From NCBI GenBank assembly GCA_963786105.1, contig CAWAXX010000007.1, positions 10,241 through 74,240 on the forward strand: a stretch of DNA of 64,000 bases, written 5' to 3'. Source of the DNA: Vulcanimicrobiota bacterium. Lineage in GTDB: Bacteria; Vulcanimicrobiota; Vulcanimicrobiia; Vulcanimicrobiales; Vulcanimicrobiaceae. Positions 25,943 to 36,746 of this stretch are shown piece after piece (within the stretch, counting starts at the first letter, position 1; each line of letters begins with the position of its first letter). The position numbers and the translations under genes were made by a program. The notes under the pieces are model-generated. The model had not been told where the DNA came from. It was given only the letters and a program-made list of their open reading frames with translations, and searched no databases.

Positions 25943-27226
25943 GTGGCCGAAGCTCGTCCACGCCGGCGCTCTCCGTGGCGCTCGCTGCTGCTGATTGCCG
26001 GCGTTCTCGGACCCGGCTTCATCACCGCGTCGGCCGGTAACGACGTCGGCGGCATCGCACAATACTCGCAAGCCGGCGCGCAGTTCGGCTATAGCCTGCT
26101 GTGGCTATTGATTCCCCTGGCGATCGCGCTGGTGATCGTTCAGGAAATGGCGACGAGGATGGGTTGCGTCACCGGCAAGGGTCTGGCCGCACTCTTGCGC
26201 GAGACGTTCGGCGTCAGGATTTCGTTCCTCGCGATGCTGTTGCTCTTTCTCATCAATACGCTATTAACCGCCACCGAGTTTGCGGGCGTTGCGGCCGCGG
26301 CCGAAATCTTTCACGTCTCGCGCTATCTCGCCGTGCCGGCTGCCCTGGTCGTCGTGTTTTTCTTCGTGTTGAAATTCGACAACAAGGTCGTCGAGCGCAC
26401 GTTCGTCATACTATCGCTAATCTACATCAGCTACATTGCGTCGGCACTCCTGTCCCATCCGAACTGGGGGGAAGTGGCGCGGGGCACGTTCGTTCCGACG
26501 TTTCATTTGCAGACGGTCGGTTGGATGGCGGCGGTCGTGGGGTTGATCGGAACCACGATCTCACCGTACATGCAGTTCTTTTTGCAGTCGGCCGTCGTCG
26601 AGAAAGGTTCGCGTACCGAGAGCCTACCGTTCGCACGAATCGACGTGATCAACGGATCCATCCTCGCCATCGCGCTCGCCGGTTTCATGATCATCGCCAA
26701 CGCTTCCACGATCTACTTGGCGAATAAGCACGGCGCGCACATCGTCGCGACGCAGGCTTCGGACTTTGCGGTCGCGCTGCGCCCGCTGGCGGGCGAGTTC
26801 GCGGCTACGATTTTCGCACTCGGGATTCTCAATGCCGGCATCTTTACCGCCACGGTGCTCCCGCTCTCCACGTCGTACATCGTGTGCGAAGCCTTCGGCT
26901 TCGAGGCCGCCATCGATCGCAAGTTCGAAGAAGCACCGGTCTTCTTCTCCCTCTTTGCCGTCGGCTTATTGGTCGGAGCCGCCGTCGTCTTGATCCCGCA
27001 CATCCCACTACTGAAAATGGTGCTCTTCGCGCAAGTCCTGCAAGGGGTTCTGCTGCCGGCGGAGCTGGTGCTGATGTTGATCGTCATCAACCGCAAGCAG
27101 ATCATGGGCGACTACACGAATAAGCCGTGGGTGAATGCCATCGCGTGGGCGACGGTCGTGGTCGTCGGCGCGCTCTCGGTGCTTTACGTTGCCGGCCAGT
27201 TCTTTCCGGCATTGCTCGGCGGGTAG
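25943..27226 (+). CDS. Nramp-family divalent metal transporter (Mg-transporter-like clade)
   Basis: GPGFITASAGNDVGGI, QEMATRMGCVTGKG and GTTISPYMQF; about 11 TM helices. Confidence 0.88.
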   Translation: MAEARPRRRSPWRSLLLIAGVLGPGFITASAGNDVGGIAQYSQAGAQFGYSLLWLLIPLAIALVIVQEMATRMGCVTGKGLAALLRETFGVRISFLAMLLLFLINTLLTATEFAGVAAAAEIFHVSRYLAVPAALVVVFFFVLKFDNKVVERTFVILSLIYISYIASALLSHPNWGEVARGTFVPTFHLQTVGWMAAVVGLIGTTISPYMQFFLQSAVVEKGSRTESLPFARIDVINGSILAIALAGFMIIANASTIYLANKHGAHIVATQASDFAVALRPLAGEFAATIFALGILNAGIFTATVLPLSTSYIVCEAFGFEAAIDRKFEEAPVFFSLFAVGLLVGAAVVLIPHIPLLKMVLFAQVLQGVLLPAELVLMLIVINRKQIMGDYTNKPWVNAIAWATVVVVGALSVLYVAGQFFPALLGG

Positions 27227-27235
27227 GGGAGCCAA

Positions 27236-28396
27236 GTGACCAACGAACAACTCGTCGAGTTTGCCGAACGCCTCTCGCAGATCGCGGCGTCGGGCGGCGG
27301 CCCCAAGGCACTCGCCGCACACCTTGCCGCCGCTATCGGGAGCAGCGTGTTGCTGGAGGATCTGCGCTGGCACCGGCTAGCGGCCGCCGGCACCGGCGAC
27401 ATCCCCGCCAGCGCGCGCGAGACGGTCGAAAGCGGCGGACCGGGGCGCTCGATTCAGGTCGTTGCCGGCAGCGCGCACGTCGGTTGGCTGTCGGTTTTCG
27501 GCAACGGTGCGCCGCCCGCGAGCGACGACGCGATGCGCGACCTGGAACTACTCATGCGTCTTACCGGAGCGGCAATCGGCATCGAGCTAGCGCGGCAGCC
27601 GGACGCCGCGCGCGGCCGGCGAGCCGAGTTCTGGGAACGACTGATCGGACGGACGCACCACGATTTGAATGCTGCGCGCGACGATGCCGTTGCGAGCCGG
27701 TTGATTCTCGCGCCTGCGTATCTCGCCATCGCCCTGGAGCGCGAAGCCGGCGATGAGACCGCGCGATCCGGGGATCTGACCGAGTTACGGACAATCGCCG
27801 CCGAGGCGTTTCGTTCGAGCGATGCCGACCTCGGATTTTTAGAGCGGGGCGCGACCCTGTTGATCTTCGTTCCGGCAATGCGCGAGGTCGACGCGAGCAA
27901 CGCTCGCACCGCCGCCGCACTGCTCCCGAAAGCGGTGGCCAAGCGCAAGGCCGGCTTGCGGCTAACCGGGGGAGTGGGGACCGTAGAAACGCCGATCGCT
28001 TTGCACCAAAGCGCCGACGCCGCGGTCGCCGCGCTGGCGATCGGCCGGCGCGTTTTCGGCGCCGGCCGCGTGGCGTCGTACGACGAATTGGGGGCCTATC
28101 CGCTCCTATACGAAGGCGCCGACGCGCGTCGCCTGCAAACGTTCGCGCGACGAATTTTGACGCCGTTACGAACGTACGACGAAAAACATCAAACGGAGCT
28201 CGAGCGAACCCTTCGATTGTTTTTCGAAGTCGGTCAAAACGTCAAGACGGCGGCCGCCCACCTGAACGTGCACCGCCACACCGTCGTTTACCGGCTCCGT
28301 CAGATCGGTGAGATCTGCGCGTGCACGCTCGAAAGTCCCCACGACCAACTCACTCTGCGTTTGGCGGTAGCGATCGATGCAATCCACTCCTCATAA
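27236..28396 (+). CDS. PucR/CdaR-family transcriptional regulator
   Basis: C-terminal LTPLRTYD...TAAAHLNVHRHTVVYRLRQI HTH. Confidence 0.88.
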   Translation: MTNEQLVEFAERLSQIAASGGGPKALAAHLAAAIGSSVLLEDLRWHRLAAAGTGDIPASARETVESGGPGRSIQVVAGSAHVGWLSVFGNGAPPASDDAMRDLELLMRLTGAAIGIELARQPDAARGRRAEFWERLIGRTHHDLNAARDDAVASRLILAPAYLAIALEREAGDETARSGDLTELRTIAAEAFRSSDADLGFLERGATLLIFVPAMREVDASNARTAAALLPKAVAKRKAGLRLTGGVGTVETPIALHQSADAAVAALAIGRRVFGAGRVASYDELGAYPLLYEGADARRLQTFARRILTPLRTYDEKHQTELERTLRLFFEVGQNVKTAAAHLNVHRHTVVYRLRQIGEICACTLESPHDQLTLRLAVAIDAIHSS

Positions 28397-29690
28397 CGAC
28401 CGGCGACCCGTCACCAAGCGCGAGGTCGTCAAGTTGGCGCGCGAGCAGAACGTTCGCTTCGTGCGATTGGTTTTTGCCGATATCTTCGGCGTCAGTAAGA
28501 ACGTGTCGATTCCCATCGGCGAACTGGAGAACGCCCTCGACGGGCGCGTCACCTTCGACGGCGGCTCGATCGACGGATTCGTACGCGGCGAAGAGCTCGA
28601 CATGCAACTCAAGCCCGACCCGTCCACCTTCGCGACCTACCCGTGGCCGGCTCCAGACGGGCGCGAGGCGCGGCTGATCTGCGACATCGCGATGCCCGAC
28701 GGCCTACCCTTTGAAGGATGTCCGCGGACGACGCTGCGCCGCGCCGTCGAAAGCGCGACCTCGTTGCGCAACGTTCGAATCGGCCTCGAAGCCGAGTTCT
28801 TCCTCTTCGACAAACTCTCCGACGACGTTGCGTCGACGGCGACGACCGACGTCGGTTCGTATTTCGATTTCTCCGCGAACGATCGCGGTGAGGCCGCGCG
28901 CAACGCCGTCGTAGCGGCGCTCCAGTCGATGGCGGTGCCGGTCGCCTCGGCGCATCACGAACACGCCGCCGGGCAGCACGAAATCGACATCGCGCACGAC
29001 GACCCGCTGTCTGCCGCCGATCACGCTTTGACGATGCGCACGATCGCCAAGCACGTCGCCGCCGGCTTCGGCTTGGATGCTACGTTCATGCCGAAGCCGA
29101 TTGAAGAGCGTGCCGGGAACGGCTTGCACGTCGATTTCCGCCTCGACCCCGCCGCCGACGAGGCGACCGCCCTCTACGTGGTGGGCGGTCTGCTCGCTCA
29201 CGCTCCCGCGCTCACGGCAATCTGCAATCCGACCGTCAACTCATATAAACGTTTGGTCGCTGCGTGGGACGCGCCTATTTACACCGTTTGGTCGGAGCGG
29301 AGCGCCAACGCCCTGGTGCGCGTCCCCCCCGGGCAGTCGCCGCCGCGAATCGAGATGCGCAGCCCCGATCCGGCCTGCAATCCGTACCTGGCGATCGCCG
29401 TACTCATCGGCGCCGCGGCCGACGGGATTGCGCGCGCCACCCTGCCGGGACCGGCCTTGACCGGCTCGACATACGAGTTGAGCGACCACGAAAGGCGGGA
29501 GCGCGGAATCGGCACGCTTCCGCGTTCGTTGCGCCAAGCGATCGACGAACTCGACCGCGACCCGGTCGTGCGAGCGGCACTGGGGGATCATCTGTTTCAC
29601 GCGTTTCGCGACGCCAAACTGGCCGAATACGAGCGCTATCGGCGCGCCGTGCATCCCTGGGAACGCGAACAGTACCTGCGACTGTATTGA
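28377..29690 (+). CDS. Glutamine synthetase-like protein with divergent catalytic motifs
   Basis: FDGGSIDG, EAEFFLF, HHEHAAGQHEI, FMPKP, NSYKRL and RIEMRSPDPACNPY. Confidence 0.88.
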   Translation: MQSTPHNDRRPVTKREVVKLAREQNVRFVRLVFADIFGVSKNVSIPIGELENALDGRVTFDGGSIDGFVRGEELDMQLKPDPSTFATYPWPAPDGREARLICDIAMPDGLPFEGCPRTTLRRAVESATSLRNVRIGLEAEFFLFDKLSDDVASTATTDVGSYFDFSANDRGEAARNAVVAALQSMAVPVASAHHEHAAGQHEIDIAHDDPLSAADHALTMRTIAKHVAAGFGLDATFMPKPIEERAGNGLHVDFRLDPAADEATALYVVGGLLAHAPALTAICNPTVNSYKRLVAAWDAPIYTVWSERSANALVRVPPGQSPPRIEMRSPDPACNPYLAIAVLIGAAADGIARATLPGPALTGSTYELSDHERRERGIGTLPRSLRQAIDELDRDPVVRAALGDHLFHAFRDAKLAEYERYRRAVHPWEREQYLRLY

Positions 29691-29693
29691 AAA

Positions 29694-29722
29694 GGCGAAT
29701 CCGCGCTTCGCGCTCCTCGCCC
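29694..29722. terminator. Hairpin between convergent genes
   Basis: ggcga-atcc-gcgc-ttc-gcgc-tcc-tcgcc lies between the stops at 29690 and 29733. Confidence 0.4.
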
Positions 29723-29732
29723 CCGGCCTCGA

Positions 29733-31148
29733 CTACTGCTTTAGATCTCGGGCTTTGCGTCGCAGGACGTTCCACGCGAACTCGACGTCAGACCGCTGCG
29801 TGCGCAGATTGCCGATTGCCAAGCGCAGCGCGAAGCGATCGTCGATCTTCGTGTGCGAAAGAAACAGTTCGCCGGTCGCGTTTACGGCGTGCATGAGGCG
29901 TTCGTTGAACGGGTCGCGGGCGTTCTCCGGTACGGCCCGGTAGCGAAAGCACACCACCGACAATGGATGCGGAGCGACGATTTCCCATTCGGGATCCGCG
30001 CACACCCACTCGGCAAACGTTTGAGCCAATTCGATGTGCTCGCGCAGTTTGATGCGAATCCCCTCGGCGCCGAAATGGCGCAGCACGAACCAAAGTTTGA
30101 GCGCACGAAACCGGCGCCCGAGCTGCAATCCGTAGTCCATGTAGTTGACGGCGTCGCCCTCGGGAGTCGTCAAATACTCCGGAACGAGGCTGAACGCGCG
30201 ACGAACCATCGACTCGTCTTTGACGAAGAGCACGGAAAGGTCCATCGGAACGAACATCCATTTGTGAGGATTGACGACCAGCGAATTTGCGCGGTCCACA
30301 CCGTCGAGCAGTCCGCGAAACTCCGGAAGAATCGCCGCCGTGCCGGCGTACGCCGCGTCAACGTGCAGCCAAACACCGTAGCGGGCGGCGATTTCGGCAA
30401 TCGCCGGCACGGGATCGATCGACGTGGTCGACGTCGTGCCGACGGTCGCCACGACGGCGAGCGGACGCATTCCGGCGGCCTCATCGTCGGCGAGTCGCTG
30501 CCGCAAGGCGTCGGGATGCATCCGAAATGCCGCGTCGCTCTCGATTCGTACGACGTTTTCTTGTCCCACGCCCAGCGCAATGGCGGCCTTCTCGACGTGC
30601 GAATGGGTATGATCGGTGATGTAGACCCGTAGACGCGGAACGTCGCGACCACTCATGCCATGGCGACGAATGTCCAGACCAAGTGCCTCGCGCGCCGCCG
30701 CGAGCGCGGTGAATCCCGCGATCGACGCGGTGTCGTAGACGATGCCCATCCAATCGTCCGGCACCCCAAGCAGACGGCCGAGCCAACGCATCGTTACTTC
30801 TTCCAACTCGGTGGCCGACGGCGAGGTTCGCCAGAGCATCGCTTTCACGTCGAGCGTCGCCGCCAAAGCTTCGGCAAGCACCGCTACGGGTGCCGCACTG
30901 GTCGCAAAGTAGGCAAAGAAACGGGGGTGGTTCCAGTGGGTCGTTCCGGCGACGACGATGCGCTCGAAATCCGCGAAGATGCGCTCGAACGGTTCGCCGA
31001 ACTCGGGGGCCTGCGCGGGCAGCTGCGACGTCACGTCGCCCGGGCTGACGGCGGGTAACACTCGGTAGTTCTCGGGATGCCGGAAATAGCGTGAGATCCA
31101 CTCGGCGACACGCGCGAAATCGTCTTCGAACCCGCTTGTTTGGCTCAC
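29733..31148 (-). CDS. Group II PLP-dependent aromatic amino acid decarboxylase
   Basis: THWNHPRFFAYF, SPSATELE, HVDAAYAG, NPHKW and LGRRFRALKLW; probable GTG start at 31148. Confidence 0.9.
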   Translation of the reverse strand: MSQTSGFEDDFARVAEWISRYFRHPENYRVLPAVSPGDVTSQLPAQAPEFGEPFERIFADFERIVVAGTTHWNHPRFFAYFATSAAPVAVLAEALAATLDVKAMLWRTSPSATELEEVTMRWLGRLLGVPDDWMGIVYDTASIAGFTALAAAREALGLDIRRHGMSGRDVPRLRVYITDHTHSHVEKAAIALGVGQENVVRIESDAAFRMHPDALRQRLADDEAAGMRPLAVVATVGTTSTTSIDPVPAIAEIAARYGVWLHVDAAYAGTAAILPEFRGLLDGVDRANSLVVNPHKWMFVPMDLSVLFVKDESMVRRAFSLVPEYLTTPEGDAVNYMDYGLQLGRRFRALKLWFVLRHFGAEGIRIKLREHIELAQTFAEWVCADPEWEIVAPHPLSVVCFRYRAVPENARDPFNERLMHAVNATGELFLSHTKIDDRFALRLAIGNLRTQRSDVEFAWNVLRRKARDLKQ

Positions 31149-31188
31149 GCCGTGAAGAGTTGGCCGGTCGCGCGGAGAAGGCCCTCCC

Positions 31189-32222
31189 ATGAGATACCGC
31201 ACGTACCCGAAGACCGACGTCACCGTCAGCGAGATCGGTTTCGGGCTCTGGACCACGTCCACCGGATGGTGGGGGAACACGACCGACGACGAAGCCGTTG
31301 CTATGCTCCGCGAGGCTTTCGACCTTGGAATCACGCTTTACGACGCCGCCGATACGTACGGCAACGGCCGTAGCGAAGTGCAGCTTGCCGAAGCGTTCGG
31401 CGACCGGCGAGACAAGGTGGTCTACGCGACCAAGTTCGGTTACGACTTTTACTCGTCTCAAAACCTCGAGAAACGGCGCGGGCAGTTCGAGTTGCCGCAG
31501 GACTTCTCACCGGCATTCGTGCGCAAGGCGCTGGAAGAGTCGCTGCGGCGACTGCAAACCGACTACGTCGACATTTACCAGATGCACAACGCGCGGCTGG
31601 CGCAGATCGACGACGACGCGCTCTGGGACTTGCTGGAATCTTTCAAGCGCGAAGGAAAGATTCGCATGTACGGCGTGGCGCTCGGACCGGCGATTGGTTG
31701 GCTCTACGAAGGCGTCGACGCGGTCGAGAAACGCAACGTCGCGAGCCTGCAAATCATCTGGAACGCGCTCGAGCAGTATCCGGGCAACGTGCAGATCGAA
31801 GCCGCCTACGACAACGGCGCGGACACCGGCTATATGATTCGGGTGCCGCACTCAAGCGGCATGCTCGAAGGCCGCTATACCCACGAGACGGTCTTCCCCA
31901 AAAGCGACCATCGCAGTCATCGCCCGCGCTCGTGGTTGATCAACGGCGTCCAGAAAGTCGAGCAACTGCGTTTTCTCGAGCGCCCCGACCGGACGCTCGG
32001 GCAAGCGGCGGTTGGATGGTTACTCGCCGAACCACGCGTCATGACCGTCTTGCCCAACATCTACGATCGCGAGCAACTCGTCGAGTTCGCGGGTGCTTCG
32101 GGTGCGCCTGCGCTGACGTCCGACGAGATAGCCCGGGTTAACGATCTCTATGCCAAAAACTTCGGCATCGACGAGCCGCCGATGAATTTCAAAGGCACGA
32201 TGTCTCGAGGCGAAGCGCCTAA
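31189..32222 (+). CDS. Aldo/keto reductase (true stop probably near 32222; the track reads on to 32394)
   Basis: VSEIGFG, YDAADTYGNGRSE, ATKFG and SLRRLQTDYVDIYQMHN. Confidence 0.88.
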
Positions 32223-32257
32223 TTCGGCAGTGCTACTCGGTATCGTCGTAAAACCCC

Positions 32258-32648
32258 ATGAGCAGCCACGAGCGCATTCTGACCCCGAACGCGCCGACAC
32301 CGATCGGGCCCTACAGCCAGGCGATTTCTGCCGGCGACGTTCTCTTCTGCAGCGGACAGATTCCGATCGATCCGCACACCGGCGAGATCGTTGACCGGTG
32401 ACGTTTCGGCCCAAACCGAGCGCGTCTTACGCAGTCTCGAAGCCGTGTTGACCGCCGCCGGTAAAAGCTTCGGCGACGTCGTCAAAACGACGATCTTTCT
32501 GATCGACATGAACGATTTTGCCGCCGTCAATGCGGTGTACGAAAGGTATTTTGGTTCGGCTAAGCCGGCGCGTTCGACCGTCGCCGTCGCCGCGCTACCG
32601 AAAGGCGCGCGCATCGAAATCGACTGCATCGCCGTCGGGACGCGCTGA
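32258..32648 (+). CDS. ridA: RidA/YjgF family enamine-imine deaminase (frameshift near 32393)
   Basis: [23 protein letters not shown]...FCSGQIP continues in another frame as GDVSAQT...FAAVNAVY...[20 protein letters not shown]. Confidence 0.88.
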
Positions 32649-32663
32649 CGCTAGAGTTGCGGG

Positions 32664-33848
32664 CTACTGTTGCGACGACAGTCTCGACGTCTCTTCCGAG
32701 GCGATGGCGGCGACGTCGGGATCCAGCGACTGTTGAGCGATTCGTAGTTGGTCGAGCGCCAGCGACTTCTGCCCCTGCGAGGCGTACGCCACGGCCAGCA
32801 GGTAGCGAATGCGGCCGTCCTGCGGCGCCGCCGCGACGCCTTTGAGCAGGGCGGCTTGTGCGAGCGGGTAGAGGTTGTTGTGCTCGTAGTCGATGCCGAG
32901 GTCCACGTACGCTTCCGGCAGGTACGGACCGACGACGGTAGCTTGAACGTAGAAGTCTACCGCGCGCTTCCAGTCGCCGCGCCGGTCGGCAAGAAATCCG
33001 AAATTTACGAGCGATTCGGGGCGTTCGGGAGCAAGCGAATGGGCACGGATGAGATAGGGCTTGGCAACGTCGTCGTCGCCCGACTGCAAGTACGCAGCGC
33101 CGAGATTATTGGTGCACGTATAGTTCGTCACGTCGATCTGTAAGCACGCGGTAAAGTCTTTTTCCGCTTCGGTGTAGTTGTGCAGGTCGAAGTACGTTAA
33201 GCCGAGACCGTTGAGCGCCGTGAGCGACTGGTGATCGTTGTCGAGCGCGCGCATGAAGTAGGCGAGCGCGTCGGCAGGCTTATGAAGCGCGGCGAAAATT
33301 TGGCCCATTTCGGCTTGGACGTCGACGTCCGTCGGCTGGGCGTTGGCGAGCTGCTGCATCTGCTGGCGATACTGCGGAAGATCCCCCTTGCGCAGGTGCA
33401 TCGCAACCAGGTCGGCGACCGAGTCGGTCCCCGGAAGAGCTTTATTGAACTGCTCGATTGCGTCGTCGACGCGATTTTCTGTGGCGTAGACCACGCCCAA
33501 GCGGTTATGCGTCTCGCGGTCTCCGGGGTTGTGCTCGAGGATGCGTTTGTACACCTGTTCGGCCTTGTCGAAACGGCCTTGGCGGTAGTAGAGGTCGCCG
33601 AGGAAGCGCTCCGGACCACCCTCGCCTGGATGCGAAACGACGTAGATCTCGAGGCCCTTAACCGCGCCCCCGAGATCGCCGGCGGCGATGCGCTCGCGTG
33701 CCACCCGAATCGCTCCCTGGGGATCGGACACGAAGACCGGCTCGAACATGGAGGGGTCGTTCACGATCTTCGCTTGAGCGACGGCCCGGCCACCGGTCAA
33801 TACGACCAGTCCCAGGGCCACGGTTGCGAACAGGCACAGGCGGCGCAT
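32664..33848 (-). CDS. Exported TPR-repeat protein
   Basis: Signal peptide and multiple TPRs (THNRLGVVY, ALNGLGLTY, TNNLGAAY, AYVDLG); GGGGG SD and TATACT upstream. Confidence 0.85.
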   Translation of the reverse strand: MRRLCLFATVALGLVVLTGGRAVAQAKIVNDPSMFEPVFVSDPQGAIRVARERIAAGDLGGAVKGLEIYVVSHPGEGGPERFLGDLYYRQGRFDKAEQVYKRILEHNPGDRETHNRLGVVYATENRVDDAIEQFNKALPGTDSVADLVAMHLRKGDLPQYRQQMQQLANAQPTDVDVQAEMGQIFAALHKPADALAYFMRALDNDHQSLTALNGLGLTYFDLHNYTEAEKDFTACLQIDVTNYTCTNNLGAAYLQSGDDDVAKPYLIRAHSLAPERPESLVNFGFLADRRGDWKRAVDFYVQATVVGPYLPEAYVDLGIDYEHNNLYPLAQAALLKGVAAAPQDGRIRYLLAVAYASQGQKSLALDQLRIAQQSLDPDVAAIASEETSRLSSQQ

Positions 33849-33929
33849 CTTCGTTCCCCCCTTTTTGAAGTATAACGCTTTACCGGCTACAGCGTGACCC
33901 CTCGAGGGCGCCGGCCGCGGCCCAACCGC

Positions 33930-35361
33930 CTATTTTACTAGGGGAAGTATGTTGCTCGGCGTGAGGGGATAGAACGTCATCGCGATCACCGCCACGGCGC
34001 AAATCGCGATGCTCGCCCAGGCCAATGGCACGAACGGCTTTGGATCGTGCGGCTCGTGGCGTGCCCGTGCATACATCGCGAAGATGATCTTGACGTAGGC
34101 GTAGAGCGAGATGGCGGTCCCGGCGATCAGCAGCCCGGCCATCCACACGTACCCCGCGCTGACGCTGGACGACAGGATCAAGATTTTTCCTAGGAAGCCG
34201 GCGGTTGGCGGCAAACCCGCCAGTGCGAGCAGAAAGAACGTCATCGCAACGGCCAAGAGTCGGGCGCCGCCGACCGAGACCTTCGTAGCTCGTCAAGCGC
34301 GAGCCCTGTTCGCCGTCGTTCGAGATCACCGCCGCAACCGCGAACGCTCCGAGGTTCATAAAGGTGTACGCCGTGAGATAAAACACCGCGTACCGCAGTC
34401 CGAGCGGCGTGCCGCCGGCCATCGCCGTGAGGATGTACCCAGCCTGCGCGATGCCGGAATAGGCGAGCAACCGTTTCAGATCGTGCTGCGCGAGCATGCC
34501 GGCGTTTCCGACGATCATCGAGATACCAGCGACGATCCAAAACGGTAGGAGGAGCTTCTCGGCCACGCCCGACGGGAGTGCCGCATAGATGAAGCGCGCG
34601 AATACTGCGAGCACGGCCGCTTTGGTGGCCACGCTCATGAAGGCCGTTACCGGGAGCGGCGCGCCCTCGTAGACGTCCGGCGCCCAGGTGTGGAACGGAA
34701 CGAGGCTCAGCTTAAAGGCCAATCCGATCAAGAACATACCGGCGCCCATCCAAAAGAGCGCGCTCGCGGCCAGAGCGGGGTTGACGAAATCGGCCAGCAT
34801 CACGCTGCCGGTTGCGCCGAAAAGCAGCGCCATTCCGTACAGCATGAATCCGGTCGCGGTCGAGCTGAGAATGAGATACTTGAGCGCCGATTCGCGGGCG
34901 GTTTTGCGATCGACCATGCCGCACAAACAGTAGAGCGCGAGCGAGAGCAGTTCGAGTCCCAGGAAAATCGTCATCAAATTGGCGGCGCCCGCCATCAGCA
35001 TCGCGCCGCACGTGCCCCACAACATCAGCGCGGTGGTTCCCGCGATGCGCTCGCCCGCGCCGATGGCGCCGTAGAGGATCAACGAGCCGAGCAACGCCAG
35101 CAGGATAATCTCTTCGAACACGCTGGTGAAGCCGCCGGTCATGAAACCGCCGAAAAACGCGTTGTAGTCGCGACCGAACTGGCCCGCGACGACGACACCG
35201 GCCGCGATACCGCCGATCGCCCCAATCAGGATCGAGACGTATCGCGGGGCTCGATCGCGCGCGAGCAAGTCGACGATCAATATCGCTAACGCCGCGACTG
35301 CCACGATCGCGATCGGCACCAACGCACTCCAGTCGGCGGAGGTGAACGGAAGCGTCATCAT
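33930..35361 (-). CDS. nuoN: NADH-quinone oxidoreductase subunit N (frameshift near 34258)
   Basis: ESALKYLIL, FKLSLVPFHTWAPDVYEGAP, KRLLAYSGIAQAGY and LAGLPPTAGFLGK. Confidence 0.92.
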
Positions 35362-36746
35362 CTGACCATCCCCGCAAACGCGGCCATGATGGCCTGCGGC
35401 GCAATGCCGACGAAAACCAAGGCCGCCAGTAGCGGCGCCACCGCAAGTCCTTCGAGCCACGTCAGGTCGTGGCGAACGGGGAGATCGTCGAGCTCGGGGC
35501 CGTTCATGATGCCTTGATAGAGCCGCAGGAAATACGCCGACGCCAGGATGATTGCCACTAACCCGACGATCGCCGGCCACACGTAACCGGCTTGATAGAT
35601 ACCGATGAGCATCACGAGCTCGCCGACGAATCCGGCTAGCCCCGGTAGTCCAAGCGCGGCCAAGCAGGCGATGCAGAAAGCGCCGGCGAGCCTCGGGTTT
35701 GCCCAGCCTAGGCCGCCGAGCCGAACCAGCGAACGCGTGCTCTCGCGTTCCTCGACGTATCCGACGATCATGAACAGCGCAGCCGAAAACAGCCCGTGGG
35801 CGATCATGTACACGAGCGCACCTTGCAGCGCGAGCTGGTTGCCCGCAACGATGGCGATCACGATCAACCCGAGGTGCGAGAGCGACGAATAAGCGACGAC
35901 CCGCTTCGCGTCGTGCTGCACGAGCGCCGCGACCGCGCCGTACAGCAGCGAGATTCCACCGAGCACGATCAAGACGCCCGAATACTGCCGCAGATATTCG
36001 GGCAAGAACGCGAGGGCAATGGCGATCAAGCCGTAGAGCCCAGCTTTGGATTGCACCGCGCCAACGACGGCGACCATCGGTGCCGGCAACTCGGTATACG
36101 TCAGCGGCATCCACGTGTGCAACGGCCACACCGGCGTTTTCACCAAAAACGCCACCGCAAAGCCGGCGAAGATCCACGGCGCCCATGCGCCGACGACGTG
36201 CACGCCGGCGCGGCCGATCACGTCGGTCGACCCGTAAATGATGCCGAATGCGGCGGTCGCGAGCAGCAGCAACAGGCCGCCCGCAAAATTGTAGACGAAG
36301 TAACGCCACGCCGTGGCGGGATGATTGCTCCAGCCGATCAGTCCGAAAAAGACCGGAATCAGCATGAGGTCCCAGAACAGCGCGAACACCAGCAGGTCGC
36401 GCGCCAGGAAGAGTCCCAGCATCGCTCCTTCCAGCAGCAGCATCATCGCGACGAAATTCCGCATACGTGGAAGCCTGGTCGCCGCGATCGCGCACGCCGT
36501 GCTCAGCGTCAGCAACAGTGCCAGCCAGAAAGAAATCGGCGTGGCGCCGAAATGGAACGCGGCTTCGAACGGACGCGACAGCCAGCGGAAGCTCCATTCC
36601 GCATCGCGGGCGGCCACCAGCATAACTAGCGTTGCCGCCGCCACCAACGTCCCGGCGGCGCGCGAAACGTGCCGGTCGTCGCGCGGCAGCGCAAACAACG
36701 CGACTCCAGCGACGATCGGAAGCAGGATCGTGGCTAGCACCAACAT
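35358..36746 (-). CDS. nuoM: NADH-quinone oxidoreductase subunit M
   Basis: VKTPVWPLHTWMP, KRVVAYSSLSH, AHGLFSAALF and LGLPGLAGFVGE; start overlaps the nuoL stop (TGATG). Confidence 0.92.
   Translation of the reverse strand: MLVLATILLPIVAGVALFALPRDDRHVSRAAGTLVAAATLVMLVAARDAEWSFRWLSRPFEAAFHFGATPISFWLALLLTLSTACAIAATRLPRMRNFVAMMLLLEGAMLGLFLARDLLVFALFWDLMLIPVFFGLIGWSNHPATAWRYFVYNFAGGLLLLLATAAFGIIYGSTDVIGRAGVHVVGAWAPWIFAGFAVAFLVKTPVWPLHTWMPLTYTELPAPMVAVVGAVQSKAGLYGLIAIALAFLPEYLRQYSGVLIVLGGISLLYGAVAALVQHDAKRVVAYSSLSHLGLIVIAIVAGNQLALQGALVYMIAHGLFSAALFMIVGYVEERESTRSLVRLGGLGWANPRLAGAFCIACLAALGLPGLAGFVGELVMLIGIYQAGYVWPAIVGLVAIILASAYFLRLYQGIMNGPELDDLPVRHDLTWLEGLAVAPLLAALVFVGIAPQAIMAAFAGMVR

Noticed and set aside
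32222..32394. C-terminal extension of the aldo/keto reductase
   Set aside because: It overlaps the clear RidA N-terminus in another frame, and a TAA at 32220-32222 suggests the real stop was missed through an indel.
33880..36597. 905-aa ORF containing NuoN
   Set aside because: The first 400 or so residues are an off-frame reading of nuoM, and the tail follows a frameshift.
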